Shown in pieces: positions 13,470 to 27,823 of a stretch of DNA of 64,000 nt (positions are counted from its first letter, which is position 1; the number at the start of each line of letters is the position of its first letter). A model generated the notes under the pieces. The model saw nothing but the letters and a program-made list of their open reading frames with translations. It did not search any database and was not told the origin of the DNA. Made by a program: the position numbers and the translations under genes. Source of the stretch: Octopus sinensis (lineage: Eukaryota); contig NC_043008.1 in the NCBI RefSeq assembly GCF_006345805.1, positions 78,802,001 through 78,866,000 on the forward strand, in the 5' to 3' direction.

Positions 13470-13729
13470 ATAGTTTTGAATAAGTTTCTTTTCTTCTGCT
13501 TGCAAATATTTCTTAACACACAAAAAAATAATTTTTAAAGAATTTCTACTTTATTATTTAATCATTTACTTTATGGACATTTTCTTTTTAATACTTTTAT
13601 TTGCTTATTCTATAAGCATTTTGTCTCTTCTAAGATTCTTCAGTTAGGCTCCTACTGGCTTACAGCTCTTGCCTTCCATATACATCGCTAAATTTTCTAC
13701 ACCAATGAATTGTAGTCCTCATCAACCTC

Positions 13730-15060
13730 CTCAAACATCATACAACTGAAATTACATTGAAGGCCTTGGTGTATTGATTAACATGTACAGAGCTGCCTTC
13801 TTTCTGATTTCATTGATCATAAGCTTCACCTTTAGCAAGTGATGATCACTGCATGTGTTAAAAGGTGCAATCATCAAGAGATTTTGCAGTATGCATCATT
13901 ATCTGATTACATTAATCAGGATGTAGTGAATTATATTTTGTACTGAGCATGTGGGGCTATCCAGATCCATCTCTTTCCTGAATAGGCTGTTCCCAACATA
14001 AAGTCTTCTTGCCTCTGCCAGAATTTATAGAATGAGTGAATAAATACCAGCTTCACTTTTGTTGATAACAAAAAAGACCGTTGAGAGCATCAAGATGAAT
14101 GTGGTACTGAAATCAATGAAAATGCAAGGTATTGGGGCACATTACACCGAACTATTCAGGGAAGCAAACTCCATCTGCACCACAAATATAGCTCAGCTAT
14201 TAGCACCAGTAAGAGTTCCAATTGGGAAGGATATTAAAAAAAGTAGTTAACATCTCTCAAAAGTTCTTCACCACATGTCTAAAATGGTCATCAGAGACAT
14301 TGACTGGACAGGTGACATGAATATCAATGGCAAGCTACTAACACACCTCTAATTCGCAGATGACATCGTACCCACAGATCAAGTGTAAACTATGCTAACC
14401 ACAGATCAAGTGTAAACCATGCTAACAGGGTTGAATACCCATATCCCAGAAGTAGGCATTAAAATGAACCACATGAATACATGGTATCTCAAACAAAGCA
14501 CAAGGCCAAGGAGAGGTGGAAAGTAATGAAACTGGGGAGGTAAAGGAGTACACCTACACAGTGAATATGCACCAAGATATGGACACTGAAATCTCAGAGA
14601 GTATAAGAGTAGGATGGAAAGCCTTGACCTCAAAACTAGATGAGACCAAACCTGTTAGACTCTTCAATAACTTCATCCTACTCGTGATCTTATATGCAAA
14701 TGAAATTTGGGCTATTACAAAGAGGGAAAAATATTGATGGGCTATAACAAAGAGCCAGTGAAAGATCTACGCTCAGAATATTATTACAAGAGCATACTCA
14801 AAATGAGATCATTTGAGAATGGAACAAAGTGAATGATTTGATCGCAGAATACTGAAAACACAAGTTCCACTGGGTTGAACATGTTGCAAGGTCCACAGAC
14901 AACAAGTGGGCCTGTGCAGTTGCTGAGCGATGTCAAAAAGATTGGAAAAAGCCACCTGGAAGGCCTCTATGATGATGAGAAGATGATTTAGTTAAACAAT
15001 ATGGGCCAAGAGGGAAAAGAAAGAATTGGAAATGCATTGTGACCAGTGATGTCTAACAAC
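13730..15060 (+). mobile_element. RTE-clade LINE RT fragment
   Basis: NINGKLLTHL*FADDIV, RVGWKA, VILYANEIWAIT and a frameshifted WAGHVAR-like/RPPGRP-like 3' region; 27-bp tandem duplication at 14372-14425. Confidence 0.85.
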
Positions 15061-15468
15061 ATCTGACAGTCTGGTCGATATAGTGAATCAGTGAATTTTA
15101 TTTGCATGTGATCTTGGTAGAAGGTTAATTTTCTTCCAGTATGCAAAAATAGCATTACTACTGTACTAGTCTTAGCCTGTCCTCTGCACTTGTTTGCTTT
15201 TGTTGTAAAGTAGACAAAATATGTTAAGTATACACCAGCTGACTGCATAGAAAAAAAAACTATTGCACTATATGAATGTGCACTTCTGTTTCATTTGTCG
15301 TGTTTCAAGCAATGTTTTTCACTTGTGCTTCTTTGTTTATTAATAGCCTGCCTTGTTCAGTCTTCATGAATCTTTCTGGAATATATTAGCAACATGTAAA
15401 CACTAGATACACACCAATCTTTGTTATTCTCAAATATTTGTGTACAGAGAGTGAAAACCTTTTAATAC

Positions 15469-15546
15469 CTGAGAATATTCTTCAAGTTCACTTATTGGTA
15501 TTGGGTTATATTTCTGCTGTACATCTGTTGGAACACTTGGAGTGAT
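15469..15546 (-). CDS. M13 metallopeptidase exon (78 nt, phase 0-0)
   Basis: tgtgcttag|ATCACT...TCTCAG|gtatta; ITPSVPTDVQQKYNPIPISELEEYSQ, resembling the M13 LYNxxTxxEL segment. Confidence 0.85.
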
Positions 15547-16769
15547 CTAAGCACAGAAATAATTGTAAATCAAATTTCATAATTAGTAAATGATCTTTGT
15601 GAGAAAATAATGAAAAGTAAATAATGTAAAGTATTACTGTGCATTACTAAGAAAAAGAAAATTGTCATATAGAAGAACCCTGTCATCCTGAATTCTTCTT
15701 AAAACACATCTCTATAACTCAATAATTTTAATTATTAAACAATTCAAGTCTCTTCTCAAACATTTGTTGTGTTGTAGGGGCCTTACTAAGTTTTGAACCA
15801 TAGCTCTTAGATTTTACCAATCCAGAACCTTAACTTGCTAACCTAGTACTAATGTAACTTCATAAAAGGAAAAAAAATGTTGTCATCAAAGATATTAATA
15901 CTTATGTAAATATGCCATGCTGGGTGACACTGCAAACTTCAAAGGAAGTGTGCCAAAGATTGTAGAAAGTGGCTTACAACTATAAAAACTGACAAATTCA
16001 ACCTCAGGCTGGAGCCACAAGCTGCCTAAGGGAATCTATGTCCTTACCTCAGTACATTACTCTTTCCTTGTCTTTCACTTTTCTAATGTTTATGTCATAC
16101 TTGACAAAAAGCTCAAACCTTAATTTGTAGTGTCAAATAATGCACATTTATTATATGTAGTGATTTAAATTCCTTGCACTACTTTATAATCTTACTATCA
16201 AGTTGTAGCACAGAAGATTCATAATAGTTTTGTTTGTTCCATTGATTTATTGGATGTGCACATGTAAATATAAATGATGCAGATTAATAAAGTATTTATT
16301 AATCTGCAATTTTAGTGTTGTCATGTTCTTCACAGGCAACCTACCTAGTGTGCTAAGTTGATAACCTGATATGTCTAAATTCACAAACTACTAAGCTGCT
16401 GAGCTGACATTTTTCATAAACCTGAAATGAAAATCTGATGAAGAAAAGAAGAAAAAAAAAGAACTTTTGCAAATGATAATACTACAATGCCAACTTGACC
16501 CAACAACTACAATGGCTACCTGTATGCAACTAACAGATTTAGTGATTTGACATTTCCACATCAAGATTTGAAACTCAGCAAACCAGAACTGACCGAAGTA
16601 ATACCTGCAAGCCACTGATATAATATTGTACTCGATTCCTTTTCCATTCAGTTGAATATATAGTCACAGTAAATGATTGCTTTTGACAGCCATTTTTAGT
16701 AGTCAGTTTTCAGCATTTTCCTAGGACAGTGGTAAAATAATATTGTTTCAGACTAACTTAGCAAATATA

Positions 16770-17250
16770 TACAGGGTGTTTGGACAAAATTTGATGAATT
16801 TTATAACTCCCTTTTTAAGGAACAGCTTGATGTATTGGTGAACAGTCAAGGTACTGGTGAGCATAAAGGTTAAAATTGTAGTTGAGAAAAGGTTAGCTGA
16901 TATGGAAGACTGGAAGCCATCTGAATATTGGAAAAGTGTTACCTGCATCATGGTGATTTGCACCAAGTATCAAAATGCCCACATTATTGACTGTTGCTTA
17001 ATGCTCTGTGAAAGCTGTTAAGGCTGTAATACATAACATAAACAGCTGTAATTGAGACTGCAGGTCCATGGCCAGCAAGAAAGGACACAGCAGGTGTTCT
17101 GACTATGTCCATTCACTGGAATTCATTCCCAGAACTTTGAACAGAGCCTCAGGCTCAATTCAGGTTGTTATGTGAAGTTGCTGGAAACTGTGGTCAATCC
17201 CTATCTGAAGAGGGTTGTAACTGGAAGACCATATACATGGCTGCATTGTT
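16770..17250 (+). mobile_element. mariner-like transposon remnant
   Basis: TA-CAGGGTGTTTGG TIR-like start; ...GLRLNSGCYVKLLETVVNPYLKRVVTGRPYTW resembles the mariner DDD domain. Confidence 0.65.
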
Positions 17251-19226
17251 ATTATTATTATTTTATAGTAGACTTAAATAAATCTAATCCTTGTACCCCT
17301 ATTAATTCATACTCAGCTTATATAAGGCAATACTGGTATCTTGGCAACTTAAAATAGTTCAATTTAATTAAACCTGTATATAGTTGACATGTTCTTTAAC
17401 CTCAGTTGCTCCCTCATTAAATACTGGTTAAATCCAATTTGATCAATCTCCATAGAAACCATATAATAAGTTAATATTTAGATAAGTAATAAGTAAATAA
17501 ATATTAAACTATTTCTTTGAAATTTTCTTTTCCTCCCTCTATTGTGGTAAAAACTTGGTATATACTCAAAATATTCAAAGAAGTTTTATCTTTTTGTTAA
17601 AATTTCATTCTTAATAATCTTCTTGATTACCCTGAATTTTAACTTTATACAATAAGACAATATTGTTTGAAATGATCTTTAGAAATTACTTGATTTATCT
17701 CTTTCTTAAATGGCTCTACCCTCCTGATCTTAGTATTTATAAGGGCCTTTATGTAAATAACCCTTCTAAACAAGTACCACTAAGAAGCTATAAATATCAT
17801 GTAGGGAGTAACAATAATAACTTCTTAAACCTACAATGTAACCCTTAGTTTTTTTTAAAAAATGAATAGTGCAAAATATGATTGTTCCATAACTTAAATA
17901 TTCCTTTAGCTGATACTAGACATCAGTCTTTTATTGATATTAGCTAAATAAAGTAAATATATAATTTTTTAGTCTAAGATATATTTTGAATTATACTTTT
18001 TCTAAAAATCTTCTCTATTGGTGTTAATAAGCTACATATACTTTACCATAGTATTAGTAATTAAACTATTTTATTTCTTTTTCTCTGGTGTTCTGCCCTA
18101 CTTGATTATTTTATTTTATTTCTTTATTATTTTATAATTAGCCTTTATTTATCTATAAAATTAATCTAATTTTTGTATCTCTATAAATTCATACTTAGCT
18201 TATATAAAACTATACTGGTATATTCACTACTTATAAAAAAACCACTTAGATTATAATTTTATTAATATATAATTAGCATGTTCCTTTACCTCAATACTCC
18301 TTTATTAATACCAGTATATACCAATTAATCAATATTCACAGATACTATCTGATGAGTTAGTATTTAAGTGTACAATATGTATAAATATTAAACTATTTCT
18401 GGATAATTTCTTTTCCTCCCTCTATTGTGGTAAAAGTATTCATAAATTTCTATCTTTTTGTTATAATATTCTTCTTAATAATCCTCTGAATAATCCTAAA
18501 CTTTAACTGTATACTTTAACTGTAACTAAGCTTTAACTGTATATTTCACAATATAGCAACATTATCAATGGTCTTTCGTTATCAATGGTCTGCTAGTGGG
18601 TGACCCCCTTAATTGTCAGCTAACATCTTGTTTTATGTTTTCTTTTACCAAACCTCATGATATTGTTTCTAAAAAATTTCGATTTTTATGACTATACCAA
18701 CTTTGATGTTTACTGCTCCCTCAGCTCTACCCCTAACAAATACTGCCCTCTGTTCTCTCAGCCTTAAGTATACAAGGGTTTTGATATGCTAGTCTATAAA
18801 TTAAAACTGACCCCATAAAAACAAAAATATCAGTGACAGGCAGAGTCTGTAACAATGTATATCTTCTTCAAAAGCTTAGTAACTTCTATACTGGAGTAAG
18901 AACAGCATGTTCTTTGTCTATCTCCTTAACTTCTCAGAGATTTTAGGAATAATTATACTAATGTGTCCATTTGTTCTAATTTAATTAATGCAGCTGAAGA
19001 TTGGTCTGCATTTTAAATTGATGTAATGATTGCATTGTTCAATTAAATGGAGTTGCATGAAACGATCATACTGCATTACCTCTAGATATCCTTGTTGCTT
19101 ATTTTGATTTTAATCACCTTACTTTGAAATTGTATGGATAATACTGTACTAAATTCTGGTGCCTCAACTTAAGTACCATATTCATCTAAATTAAAATTTT
19201 TGCTGAACTCATCTACCATACCCAAA

Positions 19227-19302
<76 letters not shown>

Positions 19303-19384
19303 ATGTGTGTGTGTGTGACCTCGTGAGTACCGCTGGCGATTTTTTTCCTCTGTCTTCCCTTCTCGGGATCTTTCCTTCTCCTAT

Positions 19385-19419
19385 GTTTCCGACGAAGAAC
19401 TCCGCTCGAAACGTTAAAC
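19385..19419 (+). ncRNA. Non-canonical minimal HHR motif in a short PLE-related repeat (about 19290-19520)
   Basis: GTTT-CCGACGAA-GAACTCCGCTC-GAAA-CGTT-AAAC; core U4 replaced by C. Confidence 0.5.
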
Positions 19420-19522
19420 CCTCCTCCTTCCCTTCTTTCCTGAGCATCCAATAATACTTTATTTGTTCCACGTCCTCGCGTTGTTGTGTTTTTTGTTTTT
19501 TTGTGTTTTCTTGTTTAGATTA

Positions 19523-19554
<32 letters not shown>

Positions 19555-21369
19555 CCATAATCTTCCAATACTGAAACACGTGTAGTTCCTTCATAATGAT
19601 GATTTTAACTGAAGTAGGAGATAATTAAGGAAGTATATTTTATACCTTGCTGGTATACTGGTTTTATCCTTAGAGTACTATTTCTTGATGTGCATATAGA
19701 TACCATGAGATTACATCCAGATATACTTGTTATGTTATCTTTTGCATAATCTGAAATAGAATACCCACATATTTATTAATCCCTAAAACTGAATTATTGT
19801 TAATTATTGTTATATATTTTGTATATTTCTAGATAAATATATATAAATATTTTATAATCGAGACCCCACTGCATGATATGCAGATGCATGTAATGCTAAA
19901 GGGTTGTACCTAATTGATTTGGAAATTCGTTTTGCCACAATATTCAAATATTTATGTGCATATATACAATATAAGAGAACAAAGTGTATTCCACACACTC
20001 AAGACTCCTTAGTGTTAGTAGGATTGGTTGGGTTTTTATTATAGTCTAAAATATAGAGTTCAATATTGGAGCTGTGCATACGTTGGACGCTTGTGTATTC
20101 AGAGTTGTTACAGTGTAAGTTTTGCTAACAGAGAAAAAGTTTGCGTCTATTAGAGACTGTTATGATAGATTCAAAGTTGGGCGAGGAGGAGTAGATCTAA
20201 TAAACATAGAATAATATTTTTGTTGACAAGGGGAGTCTTGACCACCATCTAGCACTCCTTTTTTCATTTTTTCTTCCTCTTTCTTTCTTTCTTCCCCTAT
20301 TCCTTTTGACAAATACCATTCTCCTCCTAACATATGTAAAAACTAACACTTCCTTTTTCCAAGCTGAGGTTCGAAACCGAATCTAAGGATTCTCACTCAT
20401 CTGATCCACCACTGGCCCAACAGGTGCAAAAGAAATTTCTTAGTCCTATCAAAAAATGATGGATAGTTTTTCCCTTTGACCTACGACCTCAGCCATGTCA
20501 TTTAAGGTTCAAGTGGACAGGAGGCAACCTACATAGGTTGGAATTGCTCCTGTGATATGCCAGTCCTTCTAACTGTCATGACTATTATAAATGCAGTCAG
20601 ACATATGACAGAAGCAGATAGCCAGAGGCGAGAGAGCCATCACAAAGCAAAATGTCAACCGTTAAGCAGCCAACAGAGGACCACATATTCAGCATGAATG
20701 ACCCAGCACAGTAGCAGACGCAGAACATAAACAGACACCACTGAATGACCAACGCACACATAGACACAAAACATCCCTGGTTCTACCTAATCATATCGAT
20801 ACAGTATTTACCCTGTTATTTTCTTCTGCACCAACTCGAAATTGGTAATGTCATGTAGCGGATTTCCTTGTGTATAGAACACATATATGCAAGTGTCATT
20901 TAAATAAATTATTTAAACCATAATCTGATGCTTTCCCATTGTTTTACTTTGATGTCATCTACATACCTATTTCATCTGCTACCTCAGCATCTTTTGCTAT
21001 ACCTATCCCAGTACACATACATATCTATTCTCTTCTCTCTATCTACTTACTCCTACCAGTACATTCTCAAAATTTCATTTGCACCACAAGACCCCTTTGA
21101 ATGAATAGCACATAGAACTTATGTTTCCACATTATCCACTTATAATAACAAAATATGAACTCCTATCGGAATCTACATACCATGGACAAGAAACATTTCT
21201 ACCCATTCTACACAACACTTTCCTTGGATAATGGCGCTGCACCTATAACATTCTACATATATTTCTATTTTTATTCTCTTATTTCCCTTTATACTTCCTA
21301 TATCCATCCTTTTCCAAAATAACTCCTTATATTGTACTCTACTATTTCCCTTTAGTTAACTCTTATATC

Positions 21370-21417
21370 ATCTCTGATGAAGGGATATCCCTAATATCCC
21401 AGAAATAGCTGTAAGAT
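21370..21417 (+). ncRNA. Minimal type-I hammerhead ribozyme
   Basis: ATCT-CTGATGA-A-GGGATAT[CCCTA]ATATCCC-A-GAAA-T[AGCT]G-TA|AGAT: 4-bp stem I, 7-bp stem II, palindromic loop III, GUA triplet. Confidence 0.75.
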
Positions 21418-21636
21418 TACTTTTCTCTTTATAAATGTCCTATAAATTACACGCAGCCTTGGCTCTGTTGTCTCATTTTATTTAACATATAATATACATG
21501 TTCACACAAGACCTGCATTAGACTCCTCACTCATATTATTATCGAACTGAGAGTCTAATTACAGTCCTCTCGTAGCACTTACATAGCCTTATCTGCCATC
21601 TTGGGTCTTCTGGATACCAATACCTCTCATGTGTAT

Positions 21637-22212
21637 ATCATCATCATCATTTAGCATCCGCTTTCCATGCTAGCATGGGTTGGACGTTTTGACAGAGGAC
21701 TGGCAAACCAGATGGCTGCACTAGGCTCCAATCTGATCTGGCAGAATTTCTACAGCTTGGATGCCCTTCCTAACGCCCAACCACTCTGAGAGTGTAGTGG
21801 GTGCTTTTATGTGCCACTGGCATAAGGGCTGGTCAGGCGGTACTGGCAACAGCTACGTTCAAATAGTGTTTTTTACATGCCACCTGCACAGGAGCCAGTC
21901 CAGCGGCACTGGCAACGACCTTGCTCCAATGTTTTTTTCATGTGCCACCGGTACAGAAGCCAGTCAGCTGCTCTGACAATGATCATGCTCAGATGGTGCT
22001 CTTAGCGCTCCACTGGCACATGTACCAGTCATCGAATTTGATTTGATTTCAATTTCACTTGCCTCAACAAGTATTCGCAAGCAGAGTTTAGTGCCCAATG
22101 AAGGAAAGACACACATAAGTGGGCTGGTTACAACCCTGGCATAGGCCACGGGTTATGGTGTCACTTGGCTTGCCGGGTCTTCTCATGCAATGCATATTTC
22201 CAAAGGTCTCGG
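21637..22212 (-). mobile_element. RTE LINE 3' end and 3' UTR with (GAT)n tail
   Basis: Minus MTSDRDLWKY...EKTRQAK* followed by a UTR ending ...CCCATGCTAGCATGGAAAGCGGATGCTAAATGATGATG. Confidence 0.8.
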
Positions 22213-24765
22213 TCACTAGTCATATATACATGCATATATATATATATGTATATATATAAAATTTATATAAACAGCAGTTTACAATGCTTCACTAAAAAGA
22301 ATTACAAATGTCACTAAATGTGACTAGGGTGTTAGGAAACATCTACATTGCTAGAAATAAGAGCTAAACTGCTCTATTACTATAGATAATACACATGAAT
22401 CAAAACATATACACTAACAGGGACCACACATATACACTCACCCACATATATATTGTTTAATGCTGCAGGGAATTGTCTGTGAACTCATAACAGAAAAACT
22501 GTAGACAGGGACCTTCACTGCGGGCTAGCTATCAATCTGTTATGTAGAGGTGGGACTTCTGGTCAAGCGGTAAATAAGACTCTGGGTTTAAATGACCAGT
22601 CATACTCTCCCTAAAAGTATAAATGATTGAAGTGGAATAAACAATATTTCAACACACTCTTGTTTCTGATTGTTTTATGTATAGCTTAACAAAACTATAA
22701 TATATATAGTTATGAGCTATTAATAGTTTCATACATTGGAAATGTTTTCTAAGCAGGTTTTAGTAACATGCCTAGTGTTTCAAGCAATGTTCAGGCTCTA
22801 AGCATATGGCCTATACAAAATTTTTAATTAATTATCATTTAGGTTGGCAATACTAAGAGTTTATATGGACAATATTAGTGTAACAAATAGTTTGCCTTTA
22901 TACTCTATAAGCGATTTATACCCCCACCCAATTGTCGTTGATAATTTCTTTACCTTCAGTCCTGAACTTCTTAGTTTCTACCATTTGTTACCTATTTCCT
23001 AGGTGATTCATATATCAGCTCACTCAGGACTTCAACCAATTATTATCCTTGGTGTGTAAACACTTCACATATGGAATACTGTATTATATATCTAGGAGAA
23101 GGTTACCTACTTATAAATCTACATATTGATTTACATAATTAAAAATTCTGATTTCATTGTTGGTGAAAGTAATCTACCAACATCTCCATTCTTACAAATA
23201 AATTCAGTGTGTCTTATATTTTAAAATTATTTTTGATTTAGCAACCCTTAATGTAAACATCCTTCATGGAACTTAAGGATAAAATATATTCTGACCTAGT
23301 TTACTACCAGGTATTTTGATTCAATATGAGAGAATCTCTCATGTGTTTTTTTTTTTTGGGGTGCACCTTTATTTCTATATGAGAGAATCTCTCATACATT
23401 CTTTTTCTTTTTTTGTGCACCTAAGAAATCCATTTATTACTTGTCTCTTGTATCTACTTCACTGTAGTATGTCTTGACAGAGCTCTTCCCTATTTACATT
23501 CTTTGAACTCTTGTATTTTTAAAGTTTTGTGTGTGTCTCAGAAACTCTCCTCCTTTCAGTACATAAATTACATAATTGCTCTTACTGCTAGTAATACATA
23601 TATCTATGTAGATGTTACCTTCCTTAACACCTTTTTAATTTTCCACATACAACTGTTATTCATTCAATTGTGTCTATGAGACCTTAAAAACATTCTTTAC
23701 TGAGGTTATGATAACCTCATTACTTTCAACACTACAAAGAAATGCTTACTACTTGCTTCAATATATATCATTAAGGATGACATTTCCTAAGAATCACAGG
23801 AATAAAACATTAACAAAAGTGTATACTAAAGACAGATTTCTCTCAAGTGAGCCTTATTCAGTTGCTGACAATCTACAAAGCCTAACTTTAATCTATTGCT
23901 GGTGTAATTCTCACATATATGAGATGTTGTAACTACTATACATAGAAACATTCTAGACTATATAACAAATGGCTGATGAACAAAAATGCAGCATACTGTA
24001 GTATGAAAAGTTTACATGCAATGTTCTTTCTCTTTCTTCTAATGCAACTTCAGCATCTGCAGTAAATGACAGCCCCTAAATCCCACATTAAATATTCTGT
24101 TCAGTTCTCCTATACCAAGAACTATGGCTCTTTCAATCTTCCTTTCAATCTCTGTTTTCCCAACAGGTATTATCTGGAAAATGTTCTTGCTAAACATCAA
24201 CTACATTGTTCTGACCAGTCCAGCACAACCTACAAACTCCATGTGCTCTACTCATTCCAAATTAAGTAAATAATTAAAAAAGAGAAATATCAACTTATGT
24301 TTACATGTAAGGTGGACATACTGGTCAAAACATGCAATATCAATAAATAATGCTTTTAACCAAAGACACAACAACTGAGACAATCTTATCCTTTTCCGCA
24401 CCCAGGACTACATTTTCCACTAAGTTCATCCATTTTTTTTAAATATAGGGTATTTGAGGGAGATTTGGCTGCTCCTTTTTGTAGGCTGAGCAAGTACATA
24501 AAGGTTCTGTTGTTGTCATGAAGAGGTTAATGATAATGTTGATATTAATGATGATGACAACGATGATGATGATAAGGTGGAGAATATTCTGATATCATGC
24601 AAAGAGAGAAAATGAGTCATGTTTAGTGGTTTAAATGAAACAAATTTTGAATTGATTACTTAAATAAAAGATCAACAAATGAGCCTAATAGAAAACTATT
24701 TCATTATCCATATTAAAGGTCTATGATGAGAAACTTAGTCGTGGTAAAAAGCTTTTGTAACTTAC

Positions 24766-24924
24766 TTGTGAAAGAAGTAGTTCTAAACCAATAACTTTAT
24801 TTACTATTGATTGTACTTGCATCTCATTTGCAATTTCTGTCAGTAATCGTTTGAATGCTGCAAAGTATGGTAACTTAGAATCATAATTTTCTTTGCTCAC
24901 CAATTGCAGAGGTAAAATACCAAC
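24766..24924 (-). CDS. M13 metallopeptidase exon (159 nt, phase 0-0)
   Basis: ttttacag|GTTGGT...TCACAA|gtaagt; VGILPLQLVSKENYDSKLPYFAAFKRLLTEIANEMQVQSIVNKVIGLELLLSQ, resembling neprilysin IDQPRLGLPSRDYY...MNKVMELEKEIAN. Confidence 0.85.
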
Positions 24925-25396
24925 CTGTAAAACATTCAAAAGAGTTATAAATTTAAAGAAAGTTTTTCTACCTGACCAGTTCCTGTCAGCCATCCTACCC
25001 ATGCATGCATGGAAGATGGACGTTAAATGATGATGATGATGATGATGATCTGTCTCCTTTTTTTTCTAAAAGAATATGAATAGAGTAGAGATCTTGTTCA
25101 AATTATACTACACACATTTCCATTGCATAGTTATTTATTTTTTCATTAACATATTACATTATATGATTTTTATAACCAGACTATTTCAACAGGTAAAATT
25201 GATTTACAAAAATTTCATTTCAAATTCCAAGTAAAAGTATTTGAAAATGTCATAAATAACCTTACTAATTAAGAACAGGGATTAATTTAAAATAGAGTCA
25301 ATCAAATAGTGTTCTAACAACATGCACAGTGCTTTATCAGGCAGAATCCTATTAATGACATATATTGCAATAAATTATTCAGCTGGCATTTCAGAA

Positions 25397-26486
25397 CCCT
25401 TTCGTTACTATATTTCTGACCAAAATACACCCCTTATGTGTTTCAATTAATTTCTAACATAATCATAAATTTAGTCTGGTTTCATTAAACAACTATAACT
25501 TTTTTATTTATCAATATATTAACGTGAATTTTGGAAGATAATTTAATGAAATGTTCTCAACCAATTCTATACTATAATTTTTGTCACAAAGTGACTCTAA
25601 TTGCAGGTAGATACAGGTAAATTCAACAAAATATAAAATTATTAAAATTTTGTTCAAACATCGCTATAGAAAATGGGTTATTAGCTAATATTCAATTGGG
25701 TATACAACAAAATTTTACGATAGAATTTGTTATTCTGGGTAACTTTCTGATACCCATAATAATATTTATGGCAAAATAGTCTTAATTTCATTTAAGGTTA
25801 TGGGAAACCACTAACTATCCTTTCTTTCGTTTTGTTTACATTTAGCGTAACGGTTCGTTTCCGCCGTAATGATTTCAAATAGGCTCATTCGAAAAAGTAA
25901 AAAGAAATAGTCTAAGGCTTTACTCTTCTGGGAAAGTCTGTGGCTTGGTCCAGTTTCTTCAGAAAAATCACCGAAAGAAACAGTTTTTAAATTTTCACTC
26001 CATTCAGGTGCCAATTCATTTTCTTTATCGCTGTCGGAGCTCTCGGATTCACTGTTTTCACTTTCGGAAAATGAAACATCAGATTCATTATCAAATACCA
26101 CATGCTTTTTTTTTCAGTCATAGAGTTAGATTTATGAAGGTCTTCAGTAGAAAATCCTTCGAATTCTGACTCGCTGCTTGATATAATGAAATTCGTATCC
26201 ATTTTTTGTCAGAATTACAAATTTTGAAAACACAATAGGAACAAATTTCAGAAAATAAATCTCCCAAAATTCACGGAATTAAAATTACACTTCGATTGTT
26301 GTACAAAACTGTAGTTGAACTCTTTACGAAGTATAATACGTATTTTCACGAATTTACTAAAGAGATTTGCTCTGATATTCTCATTTAAATATGAATAGGT
26401 AAATTCGGACGGCTTTGGGCGGTTTGGTCACATTAACCAAAATTTTTTTCGGGCGGTTTCGGGCGGTTTGGTAACGAAAGGGTTAA
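25397..26486 (-). mobile_element. Internally deleted piggyBac-family transposon
   Basis: 12-bp TIRs CCCTTTCGTTAC (25397-25408) and GTAACGAAAGGG (26471-26482) followed by TTAA; GGGCGGTTT subterminal repeats; frameshifted N-terminus MDTNFIISSSESEFEGFS...FSEETGP...LDYFFLLF...IITAETNRYA. Confidence 0.88.
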
Positions 26487-26649
26487 ACACTAGCAAGGAG
26501 CATTAGACAACAGAACAGTGACATCACAACCTAGGAGACAAATTTAATAATGATACAAATACAAATAAAACAATATTGCAATCACAGGTAATGGGACATC
26601 AAAGAGAGCTTTAGATAAACCATGCCATTGAAGATAATAAATACATATC

Positions 26650-26765
<116 letters not shown>

Positions 26766-26859
26766 CACATACATATATACTTATAAAAATACTTACATAG
26801 AAAGACACACACATATATATCCATGTGTATAGAGTAAGAACAACAAAGATCTCTTCCCA

Positions 26860-27280
26860 CAAAGTGAAAGATAGAGTGTGTGATGCTTGTGTAGGACTGA
26901 AATGCAGCAGATAGTAAGACATGGGTCTTGAACACAGAGGATATGAGAAGACTGGAAAAAAACGAAGTAAGCAAGCTTTGTTGGATGCCTTGTTGAATGA
27001 AGCAAGCATGCTTTGTTGGAGAAACAACATAATATAAATGTGCTGAGAAAAAAACTGGTTGTAAGAGAAATGAGGCGTAGTGCGCAAGAAAGAAGACTAC
27101 ACTGGTATGGATATGTGATGTAAAGGAATGAAGACCACTGTGTAAAGAAGTGCCAGTCATTAAAAATGGCTGCAGTTTGTGGACAAGGGTGATCCAAGAA
27201 AACATGGGATTAAATAGTGAAGGCTGAACTTAGGACTCTGAGTGTCATGAAAAGGATGACAAAGGACTAGGGTGTCTGGT
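26860..27280 (+). mobile_element. RTE LINE 3' fragment
   Basis: RRLHWYGYVM...CVKKCQSL...GQG*SKKTWD motif set. Confidence 0.75.
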
Positions 27281-27541
27281 GAAATGTAATCCCCAAGAAG
27301 ATCCACCCACTGCAGTGTGGCCAGCTTCTGGAAGTACTGTGGGTGTACATATTACATATGTGCACAAATGGGCACCTCATCCAATCTCCTCCTCATATCA
27401 GCACCCCATCTGTCCCACTGCAGCTCCACCTATCCAGATACCACTTTCCTCATTCATTAATATTGTTCTCTTCACCCACATGTTACATCAATTTCCCCTA
27501 GCCTGCACTGGACCACCAAATTCTATCCCCATTCACTATGG

Positions 27542-27599
<58 letters not shown>

Positions 27600-27787
27600 C
27601 AAGCTTTGTGTTAACATCACTAATGCCACCCACTACATGCTGTAAAGTGGTTGGTGTTATGAAAAGTACCCAGCTATAGAAACAGGCCAAAGCAGATACT
27701 GGAGCATGATACAGTCCTTCAACTCATTGTCAAACTGTCCAACCCATGCCAACATGAGAAATGGATATTTGATGATGATGATATGTA

Positions 27788-27823
<36 letters not shown>

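Noticed and set aside
19123-19185. 63-nt AG/GT-bounded open segment (MNMVLKLRHQNLVQYYPYNFK)
   Set aside because: Frame-preserving, but it interrupts a continuous M13 alignment; such matches are expected by chance in long AT-rich introns.
19600-21360. Possible further PLE coding relics upstream of the 21370 hammerhead
   Set aside because: Only faint Cys-rich and HR motifs, too decayed to assign.
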